Positions 8,699 through 17,028 of a DNA stretch of 20,000 nt are shown here, one piece after another (positions within the stretch are counted from its first letter, which is position 1; every line of letters starts with the position of its first letter). Under the pieces are notes generated by a model. The model did no database searches, was not told the DNA's origin, and was given only the letters and a program-made list of their open reading frames with translations. The stretch is from an uncultured virus (IMG/VR IMGVR_UViG_3300024261_000008) (lineage: Duplodnaviria > Heunggongvirae > Uroviricota > Caudoviricetes). The position numbers and the translations under genes were made by a program. The stretch covers positions 108,184 through 128,183 of the IMG/VR virus record IMGVR_UViG_3300024261_000008. One strand, written 5' to 3'.

Positions 8699-9099
8699 TA
8701 TTCTATCTCTCTTTCTGCGTTAAGTAAAAATGCTTTGTTCCTAGTCTTTAAAAAATCAATATACATTGTGAAGGCTTTAAGATTTACTTCCCTGAATCTG
8801 TCATTAGAACGGCACACCCGATCCAAAAAGTCCTCGTCTTCTTTCATTCCATAGATACTTAGAGCATCAAATAGCTTTCCTGTCTGTGCAGTTTTAACCA
8901 AATATTTGTTGCTACCGTCTTTCCTGATCATTGTTTTAGCATACACCCTATTGTCGTCCGACTCTCTACGTGGATAGTCGTCCTGATCATTAAAGTCCTG
9001 ATGACCTGCCATCGTATAAAAAGCCACACCCTTTTCAGTGTTTTCTTTTCTGATAGTTTTCTGTTCTTTGTATACGCTTTTTGGGTTAAATATTGACAT
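8698..9099 (-). CDS. Hypothetical protein
   Basis: 133-aa ORF, AGGAG upstream, TAATG coupling to the next gene. Confidence 0.75.
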   Translation of the reverse strand: MSIFNPKSVYKEQKTIRKENTEKGVAFYTMAGHQDFNDQDDYPRRESDDNRVYAKTMIRKDGSNKYLVKTAQTGKLFDALSIYGMKEDEDFLDRVCRSNDRFREVNLKAFTMYIDFLKTRNKAFLLNAEREIE

Positions 9100-9107
9100 A
9101 TGTTCTC

Positions 9108-9476
9108 CTAGTCTTTAGTCCATTTAGTTTTAGTTTTGGGTCTTTCTATCCTGCTCATGCCTGCTGGCAACTGTTCATCTAGTACTTTCCTAGCGTCTTC
9201 TTTTTGTTTCTGGTCATAATGCTTGGCTTCAATGGATTGCTTTTTGTCTTCGCTAAACCTTCTGCCATTACGCTCTGCTAGATGACCTAATGTAATTTCA
9301 CTGTCTCCCTTTATTACACTGACTAAAGGCAGATCGTCTTCATATGAACGACACACATGCTTTTTCTTTTTACATTTAGGACAATCTGGTTGACTATCAT
9401 ATTCTGAGATTGATACAGTCAACTCAAAGTAAATGTTGCAATTTTTGTCTTCGCAGCAATATGTATATGTTGGCAT
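9108..9476 (-). CDS. FmdB-family (CxxC-CxxC) zinc-ribbon protein
   Basis: MPTYTYCCEDKNCNIYFELTVSISEYDSQPDCPKC matches the MP-x-Y-x-Y-x-C..C...FE...CPxC FmdB signature. Confidence 0.8.
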   Translation of the reverse strand: MPTYTYCCEDKNCNIYFELTVSISEYDSQPDCPKCKKKKHVCRSYEDDLPLVSVIKGDSEITLGHLAERNGRRFSEDKKQSIEAKHYDQKQKEDARKVLDEQLPAGMSRIERPKTKTKWTKD

Positions 9477-9477
9477 C

Positions 9478-10059
9478 CTATAAGTAACCTTTGAGATAAT
9501 TGTTCCATTGACTTGGTATCCTATCCTTTATTATATGCAGTTCATGGGTGATTGGCAAGTACCTATTTGATTTTTTTGGACGAACTGGCTTTTTACGCAG
9601 TTTTAAGTCTGTTTGATTTAACATTTTATTAGATTTTCTGCGATTGCATTTTATGCAGCAGGTTACGATATTTTCCCAAACAGTAGGAGAACTTGATTCT
9701 TCCCATTTGGACTTAGGAATAACATGGTCGTAAGTTAATTGATTTACACTTGGTAAGGCCCCACAGTATTGACAGCTATAATCATCTCTAATAAATATAT
9801 TTTTTCTAGAAAAAACAACATGGTGAGTATTATATATATTAAAATACTTAGCTGTTTTAATAACAGAAGGGACTTGAACAGTGTTCTTGGTGCCTTGTAT
9901 AAAATCATCAGTATAATATTCTATAATTTCAATAGAAGGCTTTTCATGCATAGAATACTGATATTCCCAAACGATGGCTTTTCTCCAACTGATAATGCCA
10001 ATCGGAGAAAAGTCAGCATTTAATATTAAGCACTTTTTATGATCTTCTATTGTTTTCAT
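9478..10059 (-). CDS. HNH endonuclease (McrA/HNH_5-like)
   Basis: CLILNADFSPI...ISWRKAI, PSVIK, FSRKNIFIRDDYSCQYCG...LTYDHVIPKS...WENIVTCCIKCNRRKSN. Confidence 0.9.
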   Translation of the reverse strand: MKTIEDHKKCLILNADFSPIGIISWRKAIVWEYQYSMHEKPSIEIIEYYTDDFIQGTKNTVQVPSVIKTAKYFNIYNTHHVVFSRKNIFIRDDYSCQYCGALPSVNQLTYDHVIPKSKWEESSSPTVWENIVTCCIKCNRRKSNKMLNQTDLKLRKKPVRPKKSNRYLPITHELHIIKDRIPSQWNNYLKGYL

Positions 10060-10753
10060 GATTAGATAGCCTATCTACAATATCAGCGATAATTGGATTT
10101 CTAACTATATCTATGTCTTCTAGTCTTTGACATCCTACGCCATAAACATCTTCTAGTATATCAGACAGTGCATAAAAACCACCTTGTTGCTGCCTCATAA
10201 GATCAGACTGCTCTACGTCTCCCGTTAAGATCATTTTGCTATCCATGCCAATTCTAGTCAACAGCATTTTAAGTTGGTCGTAGGATGCATTCTGGCACTC
10301 GTCAGCTATGATAAAAGCATTGTGGAAGCTACGACCCCTCATTAAAGCTAGAGGTACAACTTCAAGTTTTTTCTTGGCTTTTAGCATACCTATATGAGTA
10401 GGCATTAAAAAGTGACTTAGTTCATCAAACAAGGGAAGTAGATAGGGGTGCAGCTTCTCTTCTGCTGTTCCCGGTAAGAAGCCTAGTTTTTCTCCAGCTT
10501 CTACTACTGGTCTAGTAATAACTATTCTTTCAACTTTCATATCTAATAGATATTCTAAGGCCATTCCTACTGCAATATGAGTCTTACCAGTACCTGCTGC
10601 ACCTTGGCAAAAAGTAATAGTATTCTCAGCTACAGAACGAATATAATCTTTCTGATTAATTGTTTTAGGTTTTAACCTGTTTTTAAATCCAACAATAATC
10701 TCTTCAGGCTTTTCAAGCCTGTTAGTACCAGTGTTCTTTTTTTTCTTTCGCAA
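10037..10753 (-). CDS. phoH: PhoH-like ATPase
   Basis: PKTINQKDY, GAAGTGKT, ITRPVVEAGEKLGFLPG, LALMRGRSF, ADECQN, LTRIG, GDVEQSD, VRNPII. Start re-called at TTG 10753, which has GAGGT 6 nt upstream, rather than the ORF-track ATG inside nrdJ. Confidence 0.93.
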   Translation of the reverse strand: MRKKKKNTGTNRLEKPEEIIVGFKNRLKPKTINQKDYIRSVAENTITFCQGAAGTGKTHIAVGMALEYLLDMKVERIVITRPVVEAGEKLGFLPGTAEEKLHPYLLPLFDELSHFLMPTHIGMLKAKKKLEVVPLALMRGRSFHNAFIIADECQNASYDQLKMLLTRIGMDSKMILTGDVEQSDLMRQQQGGFYALSDILEDVYGVGCQRLEDIDIVRNPIIADIVDRLSNHENNRRS

Positions 10754-10782
10754 AATAATACCTCTCGGTAAAGGGTTAGAGT

Positions 10783-12984
10783 TTAAATTAGACAAGCACC
10801 TCCTGCACAACTAATTTCCTCTATTCCTGTCGTATTATCCTCTGTTTCTAAGAGTTGTGTATAATCAACTTTAATAAAACTGTCGTAAAGGTCTTTATAC
10901 CTTTTCCAGTTATATACGTCTTTCATACAGTATGTTAGACGTTTTTCATCGCCGTCAAAATAGCTGGCGGCAAATCTATGCATCTTTACAGCAAAAAGTT
11001 TTTTATCATCAGGGTCACTATCAGCTTCTTGCTTCAAAGTAATATAGTCACATGCGGCCCATAAATTTAAATCAAAAGCATTCAGGCCTAATTCGATTAA
11101 ACCAGAACACCATAAGGCAGCATCGCCATATTCTTTCACAATCTCTCTAGGAGTATAGACTGTAGTAAATGGTGCTTGAGGATAATCCTTGTCACCACTC
11201 TGAGGAATCAAACTAATTCCAGCAAAGAACTTTCTATTATTATATATATATTTAGTTACGGATTCCCATTCTTCGGGCTTTACAGTAACAGTGTTGCTGA
11301 CGTTGTGACTAAGAAAGTCCTGTGTACATAACGATCTATTTTTACCAGATTGTACCCAGTTTCTTTGAGCGTCTTTTACAACACCCAGCATTTCTACAGC
11401 AGGTAACTGATTCTTTAGCTTAGAACCGTCAGGAACTTCTATAGGGAATTTTACAACCTCATCTGTATCATTAGCAGACCAAGAAGATTTTTCGCAGGCC
11501 TGTGGGTTATAACTCTTAAAGTGTTGAAAAGGGGCTTCCAGAATATTCGCTTGTACATGTCTAATGTATCTCTTAGCATGGTGAGGATGAATACCGGAAC
11601 TTGTACCAAGCATAGAACTTGAGGTTCCTTCTGGTTTCAAGCAAGTTACTCTAGCTGCCTGATTAATATTAATTATTTTAGCAATCTCTTTGTTTGTATC
11701 AACAGCAATCTTAGCACCTTTTTTGAGTACTTTCTCTGTCAATACTAAATCATGTTTTTCCATTATTCCTGTTAAAGAGACACCTAGCAATGCTTCTCTT
11801 TCAAAGATAGCATTGGTGACATCACCTAGATATTCTAGGTTTGTAAAGCCTGCTTGCAGAGTTCCAATAATAGCAGCAGCCCGACATCTTTCGTAAAAGT
11901 CTTCTTCGTCTACTACAGAAGAGCAATTAATCGTAGAAAGATTACAACCTTGCCAACCAGACTTACCTGTTTTCTCATCTACAGGCCACATGCCTACTTC
12001 TACGCATGGGTTAAATGTCATCTCTGTGGAGTCGCTCCAGATAAATCCGGGTTCACCGAACTCTTTGACTGAATCCATCAGATTCTTAAATTGTTCGTAT
12101 GTAGTCTCGTCTTTCAGAAGTAGAGCGGAGTTGTTACTTCTGGCTCGCTGTGGATTATCTATGTACCAGTTGCCCGTTTTGGCTTTAGCCATTTCTTCAT
12201 CATCTGCACTAAATAGTGCTAAGGACGCACTTCTGCGAACACCACCAGATAGTACAGCATCGCTTGAGTGCATAATAATATCATAAGCATCAATCGGTCT
12301 GAGTTTTTTGGTCTTATTTTCAACGCATTTCTCCAACAGCTCTCTAATTTTTTCTAAGCCATTTTGTAGAGGCTCGAAACCGGGAGCCTTACCTACGCCG
12401 GAAGAAAGCACAGCACCTTTCTCACGAATGTTACTGTAATCAAAGACAATGTACTGATCCTTATATTCTTTAAATTTTTCATCTGTAGGCTTAGTAAAGT
12501 ACGAACTAAGCAACACGCCTAAAGCATCAGACCAGCCTTCGATACTATCTTCTATTTTATACTTTACACCTTTTCGCTTATCTTTTTTAGTTTGTATCAA
12601 TGAAGGAAGTTTAGCTACGTGATGCTTTTGGACACTAAAGCCCGTTCCGCTACCGCATAATAACAGCCAGAAACATTCTTGAAAGAATCTTGGACGATCA
12701 CAATAAGAACTGGTACAGTTATAGATTTTGGCATGTCGTTTTAATATAGGGTCTCCACCGAACTGCAATGCTCTTTGACTGCCTAGCACTTTCTTTTTAT
12801 GCATCATACTATAAGCCCAGTTGATTTGATCTGCTAGGCTTTCTATGCTTCCATATTGAGTATGCATCATTCCTTGTACACGCTCTACTGCTTCTTTCCA
12901 AGTCTCTCTTCTGTTTTCTGATTCTACCCAACGTGCGTACTTGCTAACAAAAGTATAGTTCTGTAATTCATTTAACGCCGACAT
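10783..12984 (-). CDS. nrdJ: Class II adenosylcobalamin-dependent ribonucleoside-triphosphate reductase (monomeric RTPR type)
   Basis: RETWKEAVER, YNC, GSGTGFSV, GGVRRSA, RARSNNS, GEPG, NPCVE (thiyl-radical Cys), GCNL, TCLKPEGT, HNVSNTV, YPQAPF and C-terminal redox pair CAGGAC. No small-subunit gene nearby; AGGAG upstream. Confidence 0.92.
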   Translation of the reverse strand: MSALNELQNYTFVSKYARWVESENRRETWKEAVERVQGMMHTQYGSIESLADQINWAYSMMHKKKVLGSQRALQFGGDPILKRHAKIYNCTSSYCDRPRFFQECFWLLLCGSGTGFSVQKHHVAKLPSLIQTKKDKRKGVKYKIEDSIEGWSDALGVLLSSYFTKPTDEKFKEYKDQYIVFDYSNIREKGAVLSSGVGKAPGFEPLQNGLEKIRELLEKCVENKTKKLRPIDAYDIIMHSSDAVLSGGVRRSASLALFSADDEEMAKAKTGNWYIDNPQRARSNNSALLLKDETTYEQFKNLMDSVKEFGEPGFIWSDSTEMTFNPCVEVGMWPVDEKTGKSGWQGCNLSTINCSSVVDEEDFYERCRAAAIIGTLQAGFTNLEYLGDVTNAIFEREALLGVSLTGIMEKHDLVLTEKVLKKGAKIAVDTNKEIAKIININQAARVTCLKPEGTSSSMLGTSSGIHPHHAKRYIRHVQANILEAPFQHFKSYNPQACEKSSWSANDTDEVVKFPIEVPDGSKLKNQLPAVEMLGVVKDAQRNWVQSGKNRSLCTQDFLSHNVSNTVTVKPEEWESVTKYIYNNRKFFAGISLIPQSGDKDYPQAPFTTVYTPREIVKEYGDAALWCSGLIELGLNAFDLNLWAACDYITLKQEADSDPDDKKLFAVKMHRFAASYFDGDEKRLTYCMKDVYNWKRYKDLYDSFIKVDYTQLLETEDNTTGIEEISCAGGACLI

Positions 12985-13043
12985 TGCATCTCCTGATCAA
13001 AATGAAAGTATAATAAATTATTTGTTTGTCCTTGTGATATCAC

Positions 13044-13502
13044 TTATATACACCGCTTTAACCAAGATATATCTGCTTCTTTATATAAAATTTTCATTCC
13101 AGAATTTTTTATAAAAAAATCAAAACGATTTTTGGCTTCTTCGTCAAATAAATGTGTACCATGATTTTTTGCCATAACTACGGTTTCTACGCCTTCTTGC
13201 CAAAGGGCCATAATACAGTCGTTACAACATTGTCCGGTCACATAAGCAATTCCTTTATCTGGTCTAATTACACAGTTTGAGAGTGCATTTCTTTCAGCAT
13301 GAATCATCCACGGATACTTCTCAGGACGAGTAGTAGGCAGAGATGAGTCATCCATTCCTCTAGGGAATCCATTGTATCCTACTCCTATAATTCTATGATC
13401 AGCATCTGTAATGACACAACCGTGTTGAGTTTCAGTATCGTGACTCCGTTGAGCCACAACCTGTGCTATTCCTAAAAAATAATCATCCCACTCTGGTCGC
13501 AT
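13044..13502 (-). CDS. dCMP deaminase (ComEB-like cytidine/deoxycytidylate deaminase)
   Basis: RPEWDDYF, RSHD...HGCVI, GYNGFPRG, IHAERNAL and CxxC (QCCNDC) zinc-binding motifs. Confidence 0.9.
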   Translation of the reverse strand: MRPEWDDYFLGIAQVVAQRSHDTETQHGCVITDADHRIIGVGYNGFPRGMDDSSLPTTRPEKYPWMIHAERNALSNCVIRPDKGIAYVTGQCCNDCIMALWQEGVETVVMAKNHGTHLFDEEAKNRFDFFIKNSGMKILYKEADISWLKRCI

Positions 13503-13541
13503 CTTTATTTTACCTATTTTGAAAAGAGTTAGTACCTACCT

Positions 13542-13569
13542 ATTATAGTTAAAATCGTTATGAAGTCAA
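13542..13569 (-). promoter_or_regulatory. Sigma70-like promoter TTGACT-N16-TATAAT upstream of the dCMP deaminase/nrdJ/phoH block
   Basis: Minus strand reads cTTGACTtcataacgattttaacTATAATaggta; the -35 overlaps the upstream gene's stop codon and the rest lies in one of the few intergenic gaps. Confidence 0.75.
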
Positions 13570-14153
13570 GAAGGATTATAATTTTTTGAGTAGTCTCCAA
13601 CAACAAAATCCATATAGTGATAGTAATATATAATGTCTTGCTGTCTCTGAGTTAACGCTATAGATTTTTTAATTAGGCTTTTATTAGTATGCGGAAAGTT
13701 GTTAAGTATATCAAACCTTTCTGGACCATCACCGTGATATATGTCTTCATTGTTTAAAAATTCTTCAATGATATTTTCACATTTTATTAGATGTGTATAT
13801 TGCGGATATACTATGCTGACAGGCATTTGTACTGCTTGCTTAGAGTGTAACATTAACCACTCATCAAATGATATGGCATCATTTTCCATTTGTATATGCC
13901 ACTTCCATTGACTAATAACTCTATCATATGGGTTTCTAATCGGTAAATATCTTTTCCAGCCTTCTTGCATAACTAGTTCAGGAACCGTGGCTGAATGCGG
14001 ATTTGTCCATAGTGTAGGCTCCCAGCTATAGTGTGGATTGCTACCCAGAAACCTAGTATAGCAATTCCATTGATTAAAGAAGTCTATTATACTACTAGAA
14101 TAATTTTTAAAAGGCGTATAAATACAAAATCTCTTCTTACGGTTTACTATCAT
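13566..14153 (-). CDS. Sulfotransferase family 2-like protein
   Basis: MIVNRKKRFCIYTPFKNYSSSI (divergent 5'-PSB-like loop), PIRNPYDRVISQW (3'-PB motif RNPYDRxxS), SFDEW, IKCEN, PHTNKS, IYYYHYMDF tail. Confidence 0.65.
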   Translation of the reverse strand: MIVNRKKRFCIYTPFKNYSSSIIDFFNQWNCYTRFLGSNPHYSWEPTLWTNPHSATVPELVMQEGWKRYLPIRNPYDRVISQWKWHIQMENDAISFDEWLMLHSKQAVQMPVSIVYPQYTHLIKCENIIEEFLNNEDIYHGDGPERFDILNNFPHTNKSLIKKSIALTQRQQDIIYYYHYMDFVVGDYSKNYNPS

Positions 14154-15541
14154 AAATCACCTATCTGTGGTTCGCTGAAGTTACTTATTATATAGTTTTG
14201 ATTCTTATTAGTTTTATTAAATTCATTATCCAGTTCTAGGCCAGTAAATTTCTGTACAATAGTTTTTTCATTAAGTTTATGGTCTTTAATTAAAATTACA
14301 TTTTCTAGTTCTTCTATTGGATGTTCGTATCTAATATTGCCTTCTAATAATATTATCTTGTGATTCATTAATAAAGATTCTAATACTACTACAGGACAAG
14401 GGTCACGGTTACTAGTTAACATAAAATAGTCTAATTTTTCTAGTTGTCTATACGGGTTTTCTGTTACAGGCAGGCAGGAAAGATTTGCTTCATTATGCGG
14501 AAATTCTCCTCCTATCCAAATGAAATCATATTCGGGATTATTCTTTGCTAGTAAAGCAAATAATCTGGGATTTTTGCGACTACATACAGTACCGCACATT
14601 CCTATTTTAATACGTTTGTTTTTTCTTGTTCTTTTTTTAGTTTTTAAAATTTTAGCTTGACGAGTAGGATGTATAAATTCTGGAACCAGTTTACATTTTT
14701 CTTTAATCTCTGGTGGTAAATTAAAGTTTTGCATTATTTTATCTGCTACAAAATACGTAGATTTAAACTGTGATATCAGTGTTATAATTTCTTTTCTGTT
14801 TGAGCCAAAACATCTGTATAGATCATTATAGGTCTCATGGAGATGTAATATTGTACGACTTAGATATTTTTCAAAAACTTTATAGTCTTTAGTTATCCTA
14901 GTCATAGAGTTTGAGTAAATCAATCTGGGTTCATTAGCATCTAATATGTCTTTAAGTATATTGGTATTGCCAAAGTAGTATAGCTTTTGTATAGATTTGT
15001 GTAATTTGAAACAGTTTGAGGGGAAAATATCTAACCATACAACTTTCTCTCCTTTATCAACAAGCCAATTAGCTAAATCTTGTAAGTAAAAAGGAGCACC
15101 TGTTCTGCTAGTATGGTGATTCACTAGAACAATAGCATCATCGTCAAAAAATATTTCTTGCTCTATTAAAAACTTATTTAGTTCTTGATAAGACATGCCT
15201 ATATCCCATAATCTACCTTCTCCATAACCATGCTGCATGAAGTGGGAACTAGGACATTTTAGCCTCTTTATCTCCGGGTTAATAAATAAATATATATCAG
15301 AATCGAAACTACTAGGTAATTCAAGAAGTGTCTTGTGATACAGATTTTTAGTAGACCTGTTTTCTTTTTGTCCCGACATTAAATAGTGCAGATATAAATC
15401 AAATTTATTAAACAGTAGGTTCTCTTGCAGGTCTGGGTTTACGTCTAAATACTCTATATGATTAAAGTCCGGCTCCAGTGTCCTCACAGATTTATAGAGG
15501 ATGGACTGCTCGTCGATACATTTTTTGAAATGTTTTCGCAT
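14150..15541 (-). CDS. GT4-like (GT-B) glycosyltransferase with two N-terminal FD..YL..NP...HY...G..E.R repeats
   Basis: VLVNHHTSRTGAP, LHLHE, IGMCGTVCSRKNP, FIWIGG, DYFMLTSNRDPCPVVVLES. Confidence 0.8.
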   Translation of the reverse strand: MRKHFKKCIDEQSILYKSVRTLEPDFNHIEYLDVNPDLQENLLFNKFDLYLHYLMSGQKENRSTKNLYHKTLLELPSSFDSDIYLFINPEIKRLKCPSSHFMQHGYGEGRLWDIGMSYQELNKFLIEQEIFFDDDAIVLVNHHTSRTGAPFYLQDLANWLVDKGEKVVWLDIFPSNCFKLHKSIQKLYYFGNTNILKDILDANEPRLIYSNSMTRITKDYKVFEKYLSRTILHLHETYNDLYRCFGSNRKEIITLISQFKSTYFVADKIMQNFNLPPEIKEKCKLVPEFIHPTRQAKILKTKKRTRKNKRIKIGMCGTVCSRKNPRLFALLAKNNPEYDFIWIGGEFPHNEANLSCLPVTENPYRQLEKLDYFMLTSNRDPCPVVVLESLLMNHKIILLEGNIRYEHPIEELENVILIKDHKLNEKTIVQKFTGLELDNEFNKTNKNQNYIISNFSEPQIGDL

Positions 15542-16029
15542 GATTTTTTATCTCTTTGTGATATAACGCTAGGCGTTGCCACAGGCCAAATAATATTAAA
15601 TGCAGGGTCACACCAGCAATGCCCCATATCGTGCTTAGGTTCGTATACAGAATCTTGTTGATGGTAAAGTTTACAACTTTCCTGTACAAAAAACCCATGA
15701 CCACAATTTGGAGGAATGTAAATACTGTTTAATTTTTCAGAATCAATAGTGGTTCCAAAATATTGATTGTATGTTTCACTCTCTGGTCTTAAGTCTACAC
15801 ATACAATATACACCTTACCGGCAAGACAACTAATTAATTTTCCATAAGGAGTCTGGTGTATTCCAGAAATTGTACCGACTGTAGCTTCTTCATAATTTGT
15901 TTGAAATGCAACAAATTGAGGTAGAGCACAACGCTTGTACATTTCTGCAAACACTCCAAGGTGTCTCTGCTTTATCTCTGGATACATTACTACGCAGCCT
16001 AAAATAAAAGTGTCTCTAATCTCAATCAT
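15484..16029 (-). CDS. rmlC: dTDP-4-dehydrorhamnose 3,5-epimerase family (RmlC-like cupin), divergent
   Basis: GTISGIHQ..YGKLISCLAGKVY..CVDLRPESETYNQY, IYIPPNCGHGF, WCDPAFNIIWP, ISQRD. Confidence 0.82.
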   Translation of the reverse strand: MIEIRDTFILGCVVMYPEIKQRHLGVFAEMYKRCALPQFVAFQTNYEEATVGTISGIHQTPYGKLISCLAGKVYIVCVDLRPESETYNQYFGTTIDSEKLNSIYIPPNCGHGFFVQESCKLYHQQDSVYEPKHDMGHCWCDPAFNIIWPVATPSVISQRDKKSCENISKNVSTSSPSSINL

Positions 16030-16030
16030 T

Positions 16031-17020
16031 TTAATTTTTCCAGTAAGAATAAATATTTTTATCTATTTCATAAAAAGGCCAAATGAACCTTTCACGTTTA
16101 GGTTGCTTTTTAGCCCAATCCCACATATCAACTAGACCTTCTTTTAGATCGGTCTTGTGTTCAAAATCTAATAAGTCTATAGATTTTTGGTAAGTAGCGA
16201 AAGCATGTTTTACTTCGTGTCTACTCTCTAAATGTTTTTTAGAACCATCTCCTATGATATTTAACAAAGTGTCACAGGCGAAATTTATAGAAAATTCTTT
16301 CATTCCTCCTAGATTAATAATTTGCTTAGATGCTCTGGAGTCAACCGCTGATTTAAATAGTGGTTCTACGCTGTCATTAATATGGCTGAATGCTCTTGTC
16401 TGATGACCATCTCCAAATATAGTCATAGGTTCATTGTTTAATGCCTGATACATCCATATTCCTAATACGTTTCTGTATTTATCCCAAATGTTCTGTTTGC
16501 GACCATAAACATTATGGGGTCTAATAACACACCAATCTAAACCGTGTTGCTCTCCTGCTATGCGTATATCGCACTCAGCAGCATATTTAGCGACTCCATA
16601 TGGATCAATAGGCATAGGCTGCATATCTTCATCGAATGGTGCTTCTAAGTTACCATATGTAGCCATAGTAGAAGTAAATACAAGTCTCTCTACTCCATTC
16701 ATGATACAGCAGTTGACCACATTTGCGGTTGCCTTGAGATTATTTTCATAATTAAAACATCTAATAAAAGGACTCAATCCTTCCGCTGCATAAGCGGCTA
16801 GATGAAATACATAATCCGGTTTAATTCTAGCAAAATAGTTCTTAAAGTCAGAGTGGTTGCAACTAATTTTATTATGGTTTACGCGAGGGTCTATATTGTT
16901 TTCATATCCTCCACTCATATCATCAGCACCATAGACTATCCAATCTGTACTATCTAATATATAGTCTGCTAAGTTAGAGCCTAGAAGTCCAGCATTACCA
17001 GTTATTAAGCATTTTGTCAT
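16031..17020 (-). CDS. NAD-dependent NDP-sugar epimerase/dehydratase (extended SDR, GalE-like)
   Basis: LITGNAGLLG, DDMSGG, FHLAAYAAEG, FTSTMATYG, PYGVAK (YxxxK), RPHNVYG, IFGDGHQTRAFSHI. Confidence 0.92.
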   Translation of the reverse strand: MTKCLITGNAGLLGSNLADYILDSTDWIVYGADDMSGGYENNIDPRVNHNKISCNHSDFKNYFARIKPDYVFHLAAYAAEGLSPFIRCFNYENNLKATANVVNCCIMNGVERLVFTSTMATYGNLEAPFDEDMQPMPIDPYGVAKYAAECDIRIAGEQHGLDWCVIRPHNVYGRKQNIWDKYRNVLGIWMYQALNNEPMTIFGDGHQTRAFSHINDSVEPLFKSAVDSRASKQIINLGGMKEFSINFACDTLLNIIGDGSKKHLESRHEVKHAFATYQKSIDLLDFEHKTDLKEGLVDMWDWAKKQPKRERFIWPFYEIDKNIYSYWKN

Positions 17021-17028
17021 TGTTGCCT

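Noticed and set aside
10754..10810. ORF-track N-terminal extension of PhoH (MCRRCLS...)
   Set aside because: It overlaps the nrdJ 3' end; the in-frame TTG at 10753 has a GAGGT Shine-Dalgarno and gives a normal PhoH length.
3645..12984. Inteins or introns in dnaB, recA or nrdJ
   Set aside because: Lengths are normal, frames are uninterrupted and no splice-junction or homing-endonuclease insert is visible.
15492..15704. 70-aa minus-strand ORF
   Set aside because: Entirely nested in another frame of the rmlC-like gene, with no supporting motif.
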